From: Macrostomum lignano
Taxonomy: Eukaryota
Assembly (NCBI GenBank): GCA_002269645.1
Contig: NIVC01001156.1
Location: 176,918 to 240,917 of the forward strand
DNA: 64,000 bases
Direction of reading: 5' to 3'
In this document: positions 1-12,932 of the stretch, piece by piece
Layout of the letters: each line of letters starts with the position of its first letter
How positions within the stretch are numbered: position 1 is the stretch's first letter
Position numbers and translations under genes: made by a program
Notes under the pieces: generated by a model
What the model was told of the DNA's origin: nothing
Database searches by the model: none
The model's input: the letters and a program-made list of their open reading frames with translations, nothing else

Positions 1-1555
1 ACTCTGCCCACAGCCCACCATTGTACACACACACTCTGTCCACAGCCCACCATTGTACACACACACTCTGTCCACAGCCCACCATTGTACACACACACTC
101 TGTCCACAGCCCACCATTGTACACACACACTCTGTCCACAGCCCACCATTGTACACACACACTCTGTCCACAGCCCACCCTTGTACACACCCACTCTGTC
201 CCACAGCCCACCCTTGTATACACCCACTCTGCCCACAGCCCACCCTTGTACACACCCACTCTGCCCACAGCCCACCCTTGTACACACCCACTCTGTCCCA
301 CAGCCCACCCTTGTACACACCCACTCTGTCCCACAGCCCACCCTTGTACACACCCACTGCCCACAGCCCACCCTTGTACACACCCACTCTGTCCCACAGC
401 CCACCCTTGTACACACCCACTCTGTCCCACAGCCCACCCTTGTACACACCCACTCTGCCCACAGCCCACCCTTTGTATACACCCACTCTGCCCACAGCCC
501 ACCCTTGTACACACCCACTCTGTCCCACAGCCCACCCTTGTACACACCCACTCTGCCCACAGCCCACCATTGTACACACCCACTCTGCCCACAGCCCACC
601 CTTGTACACACACACTATCCCACAGCCCACCCTTGTACACACCCACTCTGCCCACAGCCCACCCTTGTACACACCCACTCTGCCCACAGCCCACCCTTGT
701 ACACACCCACTCTGTCCCACAGCCCACCCTTGTACACACCCACTCTGTCCCACAGCTCACCCTTGTACACACCCACTCTGCCCACAGCCCACCCTTGTAC
801 ACACCCACTCTGCCACAGCCCACCATTGTACACACCCACTCTGCCCACAGCCCACCCTTGTACACACACACTCTATCCCACAGCCCACCCTTGTACACAC
901 CCACTCTGTCCCACAGCCCACCCTTGTACACACCCACTCTGCCCACAGCCCACCCTTGTACACACCCACTCTGTCCCACAGCCCACCCTTGTACACACCC
1001 ACTCTGTCCCACAGCCCACCCTTGTACACACCCACTCTGTCCCACAGCCCACCCTTGTACACACCCACTCTGTCCCACAGCCCTCCATTGTACACACCCA
1101 CTCTGTCCCACAGCCCTCCATTGTATACACCCACTCTGTCCCACAGCCCACCCTTGTACACACCCACTCTGTCCCACAGCCCACCCTTGTACACACCCAC
1201 TCTGTCCCACAGCCCACCCTTGTACACACCCACTCTGTCCCACAGCCCACCCTTGTACACACCCACTCTGCCCACAGCCCACCCTTGTACACACCCACTC
1301 TGTCCCACAGCCCTCCATTGTATACACCCACTCTGTCCCACAGCCCACCCTTGTACACACCCTTGTACACACCCACTCTGTCCCACAGCCCACCCTTGTA
1401 CACACCCACTCTGTCCCACAGCCCTCCATTGTACACACCCACTCTGTCCCACAGCCCTCCATTGTACACACCCCTCTGTCCCACAGCCCACCCTTGTACA
1501 CATCTGTCCTCACACCCACTCTGTCCCACAGCCCTCCATTGTACACACCCCTCTT
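1..1555. repeat. Minisatellite, ~32-33 bp unit (CCCACAGCCCACCCTTGTACACACCCACTCTG[T])
   Basis: Unit visibly repeated head-to-tail from the window start. It explains the three 490-600 aa low-complexity ORFs in all + frames. Confidence 0.97.
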
Positions 1556-3439
1556 AGCCCACTCTTATCACATCCCTCAACCCACTCTTGGACACATCCC
1601 TCAGCCTACTTGTCACATCCCACAGCCTACTTGTCACATCCCTCAGCCCACCCTTAGAGCGATCCAAATTAACTGGCAACTTTCCCCAACTTTCCTGATT
1701 CCGAGTTCTGGCTGTTTAATCAAACTGCGCGCTCTGTGCTTTCAATTTAAAATTGGATTGCACAGGCTTGAGACTTTGGCGGAAACTGAGCAGCTTGGGC
1801 TCTTGAGTAGCTGGGTCTCTGCTGTATAATTTATTCCAGCTAATTTCGGGTCTGCAGTGTGTGCTGTTTAATCAGCTCCTTCCTACCTGACATACCGGCT
1901 TACTCTGGCTCGCATTAGCACTACACTTGCGCAGTTAATCAGCTTTATTTTCAAGTTCCTCCCCGCTAGCTGTCTCTTGATGTAGCGGATAAAGGCGGAA
2001 GATAAGATGGATGAGGGAAGGAGAGGTTTTCCTGGCCGCTGGGGTATTTCATGCCGGCCTATAATTGGGGCGGCCGAAGGTCTGCATTATAAGAGGCTGC
2101 TGCTGCTGCTATATGAGACCTTGAGCAGGAAACTGGAGCGCAAACTCTCTCTTTAAAGCCTCACAAACTCGCGAGTCTGTCGCTCCTGTATTGTAGCTCG
2201 CAAGCTCGAACTTGAAGGTTGTCGAAATCGAGAATTTCGAGCTTCGAGGCGCAAGATTAGTTAACAATAACACTTCGGATTCTTGTTGAAGTTACTCGGC
2301 TGCTCGCATAATCTGCACACATTGCGAAGGTCAGACAGTATGCAAGCACTGAAAGGCACTGCAGTTCACTCTGCTGCAAGTGTCGTTGATAATATGGATG
2401 GATTTAATGGGATTATGGAGGACGCTAAAAAAATTGTCCCAAAAGCCCCCTCGTGCATTCTACTTTCTCGGCATTTAATTATGCATCCGATTGAAGCTGG
2501 CGTTCTTGCGGCGGTCTTTGGGCATCCGAAAGTATAAGCAGCTGAGCCCCCCAATTCCCGTGAGTCGCAGACTCAGCATCATCAGATTTGCTCGGGAAAT
2601 CGAAAAAATTCTCCAAACTTTCAGCGGTGGAGCGGATCGGACCGATGAAGGGGGTTGAGCTACCCCCTGCTGAGATTTTATATAAAAAATGAATATTTCC
2701 GACAGAGACGAGAGGATGGGCTATAGGGAGTAAAATTAATTTCTTAGCAGAATTGTCACGTGACGGTCTCGAATTGAGAGGTTGAGTGAATGAAGCTCAG
2801 GATATGCAGGTGAATGGCATATAGGAAAGGCCTTGAAACAGACAGCTAAAAGACATCGGAAAAAACTAGTGAAAGACATCGAAGGACAGGTGAAAGACAT
2901 CGAAGGACAGGTGAAAGGCATCAAAGTGACAGGTGAAAGGCATCAAAGTGACAGGTGAAAGGCATCAAAGTGACAGGTAAAAGGCATGGGAAAAGACAGG
3001 TGAAAGCATGGAGAAACTGAAGGCAGGTGACGGACAGTAAAACTGGGTTAAAGATACAAGAAAAGACAAAACCAGATAGCCTGGCCAACTTCAATAGTTG
3101 GCTAAAAACAAATTGAAATGACAGCACTGACAAGACGAAAGACAGGAGACTGGAGAGAATCACTGCCCCCAGTGCTATGAAAATCAGGAAACGGACTCTG
3201 CTCAGGTTTTCTGTCTTGATCGGAGATCTGCACCCGCTTCTCAAGACTCTCCGTGACCGTTCAAGTAGCAGTTGAGAAGACTCGGATCGGACGTGAGGGA
3301 TTGCGCTCTCCATCCCATGCATCATGCTCTTCTGGCTGCCAGGGAGTAAATTAATTTTTTATATCCCATCGAGACAAGAAGTGATATTTTGGGAAATTCT
3401 TTGCTAGTATTTTTTATCTGACTCGTAGGGCCTCCGTAA

Positions 3440-4400
3440 CTCTGTCACTCTGTGTCAGTTTCTGTCACTCTAAATCAGTCTCTCCACTCTGTATCAGTCT
3501 CCGTCACTCTGTATCAATCTCTGTCACTCTGTATCAATCTATGTCACTCTGTATCAATCTCTGTCACTCTTTATCAGTCTCTGTCACTCTGTATCAATCT
3601 CTGTCACTCTGTATCAATCTCTGTCACTCTGTATCAGTCTCTCAGTCTCTGTCACTCTGTATCAATCTCTGTCACTCTGTATCAATCTCTGTCACTCTGT
3701 ATCAATCTCTGTCACTCTGTATCAATATCTGTCACTCTGTATCAATCTCTGTCACTCTGTATCAGTCTCTGTCACTCTGTATCAGTCTCTGTCACTCTGT
3801 ATCAGTCTCTGTCACTCTGTATCAATCTCTGTCACTCTGTATCAATCTCTGTCACTCTGTATCAATCTCTGTCACTCTGTATCAATCTCTGTCACTCTGT
3901 ATCAGTCTCTCAGTCTCTGTCACTCTGTATCAATCTCTGTCACTCTGTATCAATCTCTGTCACTCTGTATCAATCTCTGTCACTCTGTATCAATATCTGT
4001 CACTCTGTATCAATCTCTGTCACTCTGTATCAGTCTCTGTCACTCTGTATCAGTCTCTGTCACTCTGTATCAGTCTCTGTCACTCTGTATCAGTCTGTCA
4101 CTCTATATCCATCTCTGTCACTCTGTATCAGTCTCTGTCACTCTGTATCCATCTCTGTCACTCTGTATCAGTCTCTGTCACTCTGTATCAGTCTCTGTCA
4201 CTCTGTATCAGTCTCTGTCACTCTGTATCAGTTTCTGTCACTCTGTATCAGTCTCTGTCACTCTGTATCAGTTTCAGTCACTCTGTATCAGTTTCAGTCA
4301 CTCTAGCAGTTTCTGTCACTCTGTATCAGTCTCTGTCACTCTTTATCAGTCTCTGTCACTCTAAATCAGTCTCTCACTCTGTATCGATCTCTGTCACCCT
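3440..4400. repeat. Minisatellite, 20 bp unit (CTCTGTCACTCTGTATCAAT/G)
   Basis: Direct inspection; repetitive ORFs (SVSVTLYQSLSLCI...) in two frames. Confidence 0.97.
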
Positions 4401-4961
4401 GTCTCAAGGCAACAGTGACAAATTTTAATTAAGTCAAGCGATAAGAGATAAGTGACGTCAATTATAGGTCAATTAAAATCACAATACATGTATATTTTTG
4501 CACTCACAAAAACTTTTACGCGGTAGGAGCAGCAACAATATGGTAATTAATTTTGTTAAAACAATTTTTGAGAGCTATATGGCAGGTTTGACAGTTCAGA
4601 CATAACAGTTACAACAATTGACGTCGCAAAAATCGCTCATTGGCTCGTATAGTTATTGATCAAATGGTTGAATTTTTATGTTTTTTCGACTGTGACAGGT
4701 TCGCAGCGGAGCCAGGACAAAAATAATATTTTTGGAGGCAATAATTCCTATTTATGATTGCTTAAATATAACATTTGTTGACACATGCAATTCAGAATTT
4801 ATGCAATGGTGTATTGTCCCTGGCCGACATGCGCCGTTTATGGTTGAAATCCCTATTTACACCTACATGTAATATAGCTTTTTGCAGCCCATTTGGGCTT
4901 ACGCGCATTGAATTAAATCCAAGATACGTTTGCCAATGCAATGGATAAATACCGGCGCGAG

Positions 4962-6335
4962 CCATAGACAAATCGTTGTCACGTGCTGCGACCGCTGATT
5001 CTTTGCATTGCTTTTTCTGTTTGACGGTCCTAAAAACTAATGGTTCTGTCTATGGATTTGAGGGCAGGAACGAGCGAAATCCGAGGTCTGCTTCGGATCA
5101 GTATCAGCCTCGGATTTCGCTCGTTCCTGCCCTCAAATCCATAGACAGAACTGTGTTGTCTCATCATTTCGAGGGCGCCACTAAGCATTAACCATAGACG
5201 AAACTAGCGGGCACAGAATTCATTCCTGCCCGCGTTCAAAATCTTTCCTGCCCGCCACTTTAGTCTGTGGTAATACTCAGGCTTTTTAAACTGTATTTTT
5301 GCAACACCTGATAGAATCCTGAAGAAAAGAGCGAATATAACGGGTGTCCCAAAAAAAGGGTAACACTTTGTGCGCTCACTGTGAGTGAGCAGTTAGGCCT
5401 ATAGCACAGTAATTTAACAGGTCCACAGTAAACATTTTTAAGTTATTCCCACAAACATTTGGTTGCGAAAAATTGCTCCAGAGGCGAGTTATTGAGCACA
5501 GAAGTGTACGCTAGCTTTTCTGCCAAGCTTTGCCATACACAGCTGCGATAGACAATCTTTTGCTTTAAAAATCTTAAGGAGCATAGACTCTGAGACGGTG
5601 TGTGGTCAAATAACAGTTTATTTGAAAGTGAAAGAGCTTGTAAGTGTACGCTAGCTTTTCTGCCAAGCTTTGCCGTCAAAGTCGGCATCCACCTTAGCAA
5701 CCACTAAGAATCAAATTAATCGGTTCAAGAAATTTCTTCGAGAGAAAAACCTGTCTGATGACATTGAAAGCTACTTAGACGGCTATCTGCGCCTCTGGTA
5801 CGTAAGTCTGCGAGCTAATCCTGCGCTTGGAACAAAGACCTATGCACCGGATACGATTCGTGGCTTTCGGGCTAGTATCCATCGATTTGTAAAGGAGACA
5901 AACAGTGCTTGAGAAAGACGGTGTAAGACTCAGCTTCTATCTTTAAAGCTGCATGGCTTTTGATGAAGCATTGATGAACTATTCTGCTATTGACGTATTG
6001 TTTATAAATGTACTTTTGTTATGCTGGCTAGCATGTACTGTTACTTCGATAAGTTTATCTTTTTCTACGCTTAATAATAAATGCCATAGACTAAAATCGC
6101 GGGCGCACATTGACGATTCCGTGGGCCGTGCGGCCCGCAAAATCATGGGACAACAATGCATTGTTTGTAGTAATGTATTGTTCTGCATAAAAAATGCGAA
6201 TAATGACCGTCAAATTGCTAAGCAACGCAGCTTTTGTCTATGGTAGCAAGGTTGGCACAGCGTCGATGCAAGCGATCGATCCAAGCGTGGATGCCGCTGT
6301 GCCAGCCTTGCTACCATAGACAAAAGCTGCGTTGC
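4962..6335. mobile_element. Cluster of CCATAGAC/GTCTATGG-bounded mini-elements and palindromes around a Crypton-like fragment
   Basis: CCATAGAC at 4962, 5139, 5192, 6084 and 6314; GTCTATGG at 5048 and 6236. Perfect 44-bp inverted repeat at 5043-5086/5108-5151 and 41-bp inverted repeat at 6222-6262/6295-6335. Segments 4962-5031 and 6153-6225 match 43766-43911 in reverse orientation. Confidence 0.75.
5670..5912 (+). pseudogene. Crypton/DUF3504-type tyrosine recombinase, N-terminal core-binding fragment
   Basis: TTKNQINRFKKFLREK...LDGYLRLWYVSLR...YAPDTIRGFRASIHRF fits the L-x2-F/W-Y-x3-R...Y-x-P-x-S/T-L-x2-I/F-R-A-x-I-x-R-Y/F pattern of Crypton/KCTD1-like N-domains. It parallels the copy at 44750-45028. 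Truncated. Confidence 0.65.
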
Positions 6336-6732
6336 ATTGGCAATCGAATCTTGGATTAAAATCAATGCTTTCAAGCCCCAAACGGGCTGCAAAAAGCTAT
6401 AGTACACCTATCGCGGAAATTCCCAGGTGTCTAGAAGTCAATACTTTACCAATATCAAGATGAACCTTTAGATGACATCCTAACCCAAACCCGGTTTGAG
6501 TTCGGGCGCTCAGGAGTGAGCGGCCTGATTGCCTTCTCCCTTGTTGTAGGTCTGCCAGCGCCTTGATTTGCGGCAGTGCCAATGCTTAGAGCCCCCTTGC
6601 TGCCCTGACAAACACTAGCTGACAAGGCTCAGGGCTGGGCGAATGTCAACTCGATGCTCCAAGACAACATAACTGAACCCGCAACCTCCAGTCTGAATCA
6701 CTCGAGATGCGGTTTTTCATGCGGTTCCACCG

Positions 6733-8582
6733 CTACTCGATCTCCCTCTCCGTCACGTGACTCACCTGGACTTGGACTGCGCAGCGCTGATTGACGCGAG
6801 TCGACTGCAAGTTCGCGGCGCTGTGGTTCGTGCCAATCAGCGTGTTGTTGTTGTTGTTGTTGGTCCTCGGCCGCCGGCCCAGGGCGGTCAGCAGCGCCGC
6901 CAGCTTCGCCGCCAGCTCTCGACGGAACTTCTTGCCGCACAGGCAGTAGAGGAAGAAGTTGGAGGCGTGGTTGGTGTACATCAGCAGCTCCGTGCACGCC
7001 TGTACCAGCAGGTAGCGGCTGTGGAACAGCGGGTCCGTGTAGTCCACCGTGACGAAATTGCCCAGCGAAGTGGCCACCTTCAACGCCGTGATGGGCAGAG
7101 CGGTGGTCAGGAACAGGCCCGACACAGACAGCAGGGTCACCGTCACCTGGCGGAAGTTGCGGTTGAAGCCCGCCTGGCTGCTGGGCGGCGGGCCGGCGGC
7201 TGTGCGGGATCTCGACTTGTCCGCGGTGCTGCGCCCTCCGCCGCCGCCGCCGCCGCGAAGTCCCCGCAGCTCCATGGCCGCTGAGCCGCCCTGCACGGCG
7301 GGTCCTGGGTAGCGGGCCGAGGTCTTCAGGACGTAGATTATGCGGCAGTTGCATATCTGGCCAAGGGGGGAGAGTGAGATTATGGAGTATGTACAATGAT
7401 TTTACGGGGTAGAATGTTCATTTAGGTTAGGGAGATTGTAAGTTGTGTCGTAGGGGGAGTGAAAATTTGGCTTAGTGAGAAATACATGCATATAGGTGCC
7501 TCAAATACAGCCACCTCACTCCCTGTCCCAAACACATCCACCTCAATCCCTGCCCCAAACACACCCACCTCACTCCCTTGCCCCAAACACAACCACCTTC
7601 CTCCCTGTCCCAAACACACCCACCTCACTCCCTGCCCCAAACACACCCACCTCACTCCCTTGCCCCAAACACAACCACCTTCCTCCCTGTCCCAAACACA
7701 CCCACCTCACTCCCTGCCCCAAACACACCCACCTCACTCCCTGCCCCAATCACACCCATCTCACTCCCTGCCACAATCACACCTACCTCACTCCGTGTCC
7801 TAAACACACCCACCTCCTTCCTTGTCCTGAAAACACACCCACCTCCCTCCCTGCCCCGAACACACCCTCCTCCCTTCCTTCACCGACCAATGACTTATGA
7901 CCTATGACCAATCTGTGACCGAAACAAAAAGTCAACAAGCCAATCGAGGCCAGCTCACCAAGATGATGCAGAAGGGCGCAAAGCAGTACAGAGTGGAGTC
8001 AATCCAAGCCAGTTCCTCCCTCAGGTAGACGAAATTCTCTCGCAGCTCGCAGATAAGCATGGTCTCATTGGTGCCCGGCCAGGTGTGGTCGTACAGGTCG
8101 AGGGTGAACAGCCAGTGCGCGTTGATCAGCAGGCAGGCGGTGACCAGCGCAGCCACGGTGATGCGGGCTTTGCGCACAGAGTCGCTGGCGGGTCGCACAG
8201 TCTTCTGCTGCACCATGCCGGCCCGTTCGACTGTCACGGCCACAATGAGCAGCACGCTCAGGTAAGTTGACGCCGTGGACACCAGGTGGCCGCTCACGCA
8301 GAGCCAGGCGCTGTGCAGGCTGAGGTTCAGGCCGGTGAGGTGGGTCAGCCAGCTGCGGAGCAGGCCGGACAGCAACGCCACCTGGTCAGCGATGCCGAGC
8401 ACAAGCAGGTAGGCGAAGGTGCTGGACCGCTTGCTGCCCTGCCACAGCACCCAGGTGGCCAGCACGTTGCCAACCGTGCCTACGGTGAGCACAGCCGGGC
8501 TCACGCCCCATAGCAACCACTTGTAGGCTCGAAACTCGGAGTAGTTTGAGTACAGTCCCTGCTCATACGGCAGCAGCGACAT
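6733..8582 (-). CDS. Class A (rhodopsin-like) peptide GPCR, FMRFamide/sex-peptide-receptor-like; 2 exons: 8582-7959, 7356-6733 (~415 aa)
   Basis: TM1 GTVGN, TM2 LGIAD, TM3 TVER (DRY equivalent), TM7 TNHASNFFLY followed by GKKFR. A phase-0 GT(GAG)...CCAG intron joins FCIIL to ICNCRII in frame. Confidence 0.9.
7500..7880. repeat. C-rich ~31 bp minisatellite inside the GPCR intron
   Basis: CCCAAACACACCCACCTCACTCCCTG-type units. Confidence 0.9.
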
Positions 8583-8789
8583 TTCGCCAGTATTTTCGTC
8601 CGTTCGAAGAGTTCTCCTTGATAATCTGGCCGACTTTGCCGCTCCCTAATCGCTCTCGGAGCCCCAGTTCACCCCCTGTCTGTCCGACTCTTATCCGTCA
8701 GAGACTCTCGGGAAATCATTGGTTGCCCTCTCCCCAGCCAATGACAGCGGAATGCAGCCATGTCGTGCTTAGCCACATTGCTACCAGAT

Positions 8790-9360
<571 letters not shown>

Positions 9361-10029
9361 ATGACATTAAAATAACGAATACAGCGGACTCCCATTGGAT
9401 TAATGCACTGCAGATCAAAGGCAGTCCTACCGCTTGTATGCTCATTTACTATGCTATAGTTGGTAGAACAATACAGCGGAAAGAGTAGAAAGAATAGCCA
9501 GACAAGAGCCTTAATCCTCTATTAGCTTGGTATTGGCTGTTTATGCCTGCCTGCAACTGAGCTTGGAAATCAATAACTGCTTCTTCTGGTCCATGCTGCT
9601 GCCCCTACTGGCACCCTGTATTTAGGCAAGCAGACAGAGCCGGGTTGAATAAAACCTTCAGTTTGCTTCTTCAATTTGTCAGTAGGGTAGAATTGCAGAT
9701 GCAAATAGTCTGCATGAACTTCTCTTTTGCTTTTTAACGACAAAGCGACATTTTTTATTGAATGGAAATTTTACAAAAGAATGCAAAATTCAAATCTCAA
9801 GATTTAGAATTGCTCTCACAGTCAAGTCCTCTCAGGCTCAGGGAAGGGCCTGTCTCACTTTTTAGAAATGCGAATGATGCAGAATGAGAATGGGTTTGCG
9901 GATATTTTTGACTGAAAATGCGTTTGGTTTAAATAGGTTGTCTTGTATACTGGTGAGTGAATTCATTTATATGGACTGAACATTATGCTTGCTACGCATT
10001 AACGCGTGAAGCTCGTAAGGGGAAGTTGG

Positions 10030-12430
10030 GTGGGTGAAGATGAGGTAGGTGAAGCTGGGGCTGTGTGAAATGGGTGGGTGAAACTAGGGTGGGTGAAACT
10101 GTGAGTGGGTGAAGATGGGTGGGTGAAATGGGTGGGTGAAACTAGGGTGGGTGAAACTGTGAGTGGGTGAAGATGGGTGGGTGAAATGGGTGGGTGAAAC
10201 TAGGGTGGGTGAAACTGGGGGGGGTGAAACCGGGGTGGGTGAAACTGGGGTGGGTGAAACTGGGGTGGGTGAAACCGGGGTGGGTGAAACCGGGGTGGGT
10301 GAAACCGGGGTGGGTGAAACCGGGGTGGGTGAAACCAGGGTGGGTGAAACCGGGGTGGGTGAAACCGGGGTGGGTGAAACCGGGGTGGGTGAAACCGGGG
10401 TGGGTGAAACCGGGGTGGGTGAAACCGGGGTGGGTGAAACCGGGGTGGGTGAAACTGGGGGGGTGAAACCGGGGTGGGCCCCTTAGCCCCGCTTCATGCA
10501 TGCAATGTAGAGTAAAGCTACTCGTAATAATTTAAGTAAAAAAGAAGACTTATTTTTACTTTCCTAAACCTAACATCCGAGACCCCACACCCCAGACCCC
10601 ACACCCCAGACCCCACACCCCAGACCCCACACCCCAGACCCCACACCCCAGACCCCACACCCCAGACCCCACACCCCAGACCCCACACCCCAGACTCCAG
10701 AGCCCAAACCCCAGACCCCACATCTCACAACCACACTCCACACGCCGGACCCCACACTTCAGGCTAGAAATCCCACACCGCTTACCACACCCTCCTCTCC
10801 CTGACTTCAGTCTGAAAACTGCAGCAACGCAGTCAGGGGATCTCAGTGAACTTTATTTTATTTACTCAGCTCAACAGCCTGGCAGTCCCCTCTCGGGCCA
10901 CTTCACTGAAACTGCAATTTTGGCTGAGCGAGCTGCCTGCAGTCCTCTGGCGGGGGGGGGGAGATTTTCTTGACGTTTATAGCAAGAACAGAAATTGAAA
11001 CTGAGTTAGTCTTCTGAATCGGAGCGAAACGTTATAATTAATAGAGATTTCGTTTCAACGGATGTTTCAATTGCAGGACTTATTTAGCATTCTCAGAAAG
11101 CTAGTCTAGGATAGAAGTAAAAAAAGAGTGAAAATGGGGGCGTGAAAATCGAGGAGTGAAACTGTGAGTGAAAATGGGAGAGTGAAAATCGGGGAGTGAA
11201 AATGGGAGTGAAAATGGGAGAGTAAAAATTGAGGAGTGAAACTGTGAGTGAAAATGGGAGAGTGAAAATCGGGGAGTGAAAATGGGGGAGTGAAAATCGA
11301 GAAGCGAAAATGAGAGAGTGAAAATGGGGGAGTGAAAATGGGGGAGTGAAAATTGAAGAGTGAAACTTGGAGTGAAAATGGGAGAGTGACAATCGGGGAG
11401 TGAAAATCGAGGAGTGAAACTGGGAGAGTGAAACTGGAAGAGTGAAAATAGTGACATGGTCAAAATGGTGTGCCTGTAAATTATAAATTTCCCGAACTAG
11501 CGCCCCATTCGACTGAAATCCTCTGAAAATCACCCTCACATGATGACCAACCTCGAACTTGGGTGTTTAGTCGGTAGTCTGAAAGTTGAGCAGCATCAAA
11601 TCAAATGAAAAAATCCTAAAACTCAGCTACACTGAACCGCTGCTCATAGCTTGAAGTGAGACAAGAGTTGGTAGATCAAACGCCTTGAGTTACATGTAGA
11701 AGTTTCTGTCTCTAAGAGTCTAAGAAGCCGCCTCTCGAACAAAATACACTGCTCAAGCTGACTCAATATGATTTATTAGCTTTGCTATAGAATTTGAATC
11801 GAGGGTTCACAGCTCTGGGACCTCGGGTGGGTGTCCAGTTCTGTGAGTTGCAGGTGCTTTCAACTGGCTCAAGCTTTGCTAGAGAAATGAGCTTCCTAAG
11901 GAGATCAGCGAGCAGAGAAACTTCTCGGAAAGTAAAATTGGACTAAATGAATAAATAGAGAGGGTGAAGCTGGGGTTGGTGAAACTGTGAATGGGTGAAA
12001 CTGTGAATGGGTGAAACTGTGAATGGGTGAAACTGTGAATGGGTGAAACTGTGAATGGGTAAAACTGTGAATGGGTGAAACTGTGAACGGGTGAAACTGT
12101 GAATGGGTGAAACTGTGAATGGGTGAAACTGTGAATGGGTGAAACTGTGAATGGGTGAAACTGTGAATGGGTGAAACTGTGAATGGGTGAAACTGTGAAT
12201 GGGTGAAACTGTGAATGGGTGAAACTGTGAATGGGTGAAACTGTGAGTGGGTGAAACTGTGAATGGGTGAAACTGTGAATGGGTGAAACTGTGAATGGGT
12301 GAAACTGTGAGTGGGTGAAACTGCGAATGGGTGAAACTGTGAATGGGTGAAGCCGGGTGGGCGCAACTGGGGTGGTTGAAGCTGGTGTGGCTGAATCCGG
12401 GGTGGGTGAAGCCTGGTGGGTGCAACCGGG
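10030..12430. repeat. Block of related GGGTGAAA-core minisatellites (15 bp at 10030-10470; 11130-11450; 16 bp at 11960-12430) plus a 14 bp GACCCCACACCCCA array (10580-10720)
   Basis: Direct inspection; repetitive ORFs ([18 protein letters not shown]). Confidence 0.93.
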
Positions 12431-12932
12431 TCTAAATAACATTTATTGACACAAAAGTCAGTCGAATCTGCTTTTATAAATACGAGTAAACTATAAAATT
12501 AGTGAAGCCCAAACGACTTCTGAATTCCTTTTATTTTCAAATAACGGCAAGGCAATGCAGTTAAACAAAAAAATTCCGTCAAAAATATAACTCATTCTGT
12601 AAGCAAGTGATAGGTTTGATCTCGCATTCCCAAAAATAAACTCTACATAAAAATGACATTAAAAGGACGGGTCACAGAAAAGGCACTGTGGTTGAGTTTC
12701 TGTGTGTTCTAGGAATCGCAGAGCCGTATATTCAATAAATAAGTTTATTTGCAAGTTTTTGAAAAAAAATTTGAGCATAGTGAATATCCACAAAATCAAC
12801 AGATGGAGCACTTTTTAGGAAGATAAAGTTTCTGAAGTCGTGTGTGAGAGCACTACAATTATACTACTTATTGAAGAGATCAATCTACTTATCACCTCTT
12901 AAATTGATTTCACGGTTGTCTTGATCAGTGAA

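Noticed and set aside
21-1829. 490-602 aa ORFs in all three + frames (and similar ORFs at 3452-4428, 36491-37708, 50861-52088, 59074-59973)
   Set aside because: They are translations of stop-free minisatellites, open in several frames at once, with no domain content.
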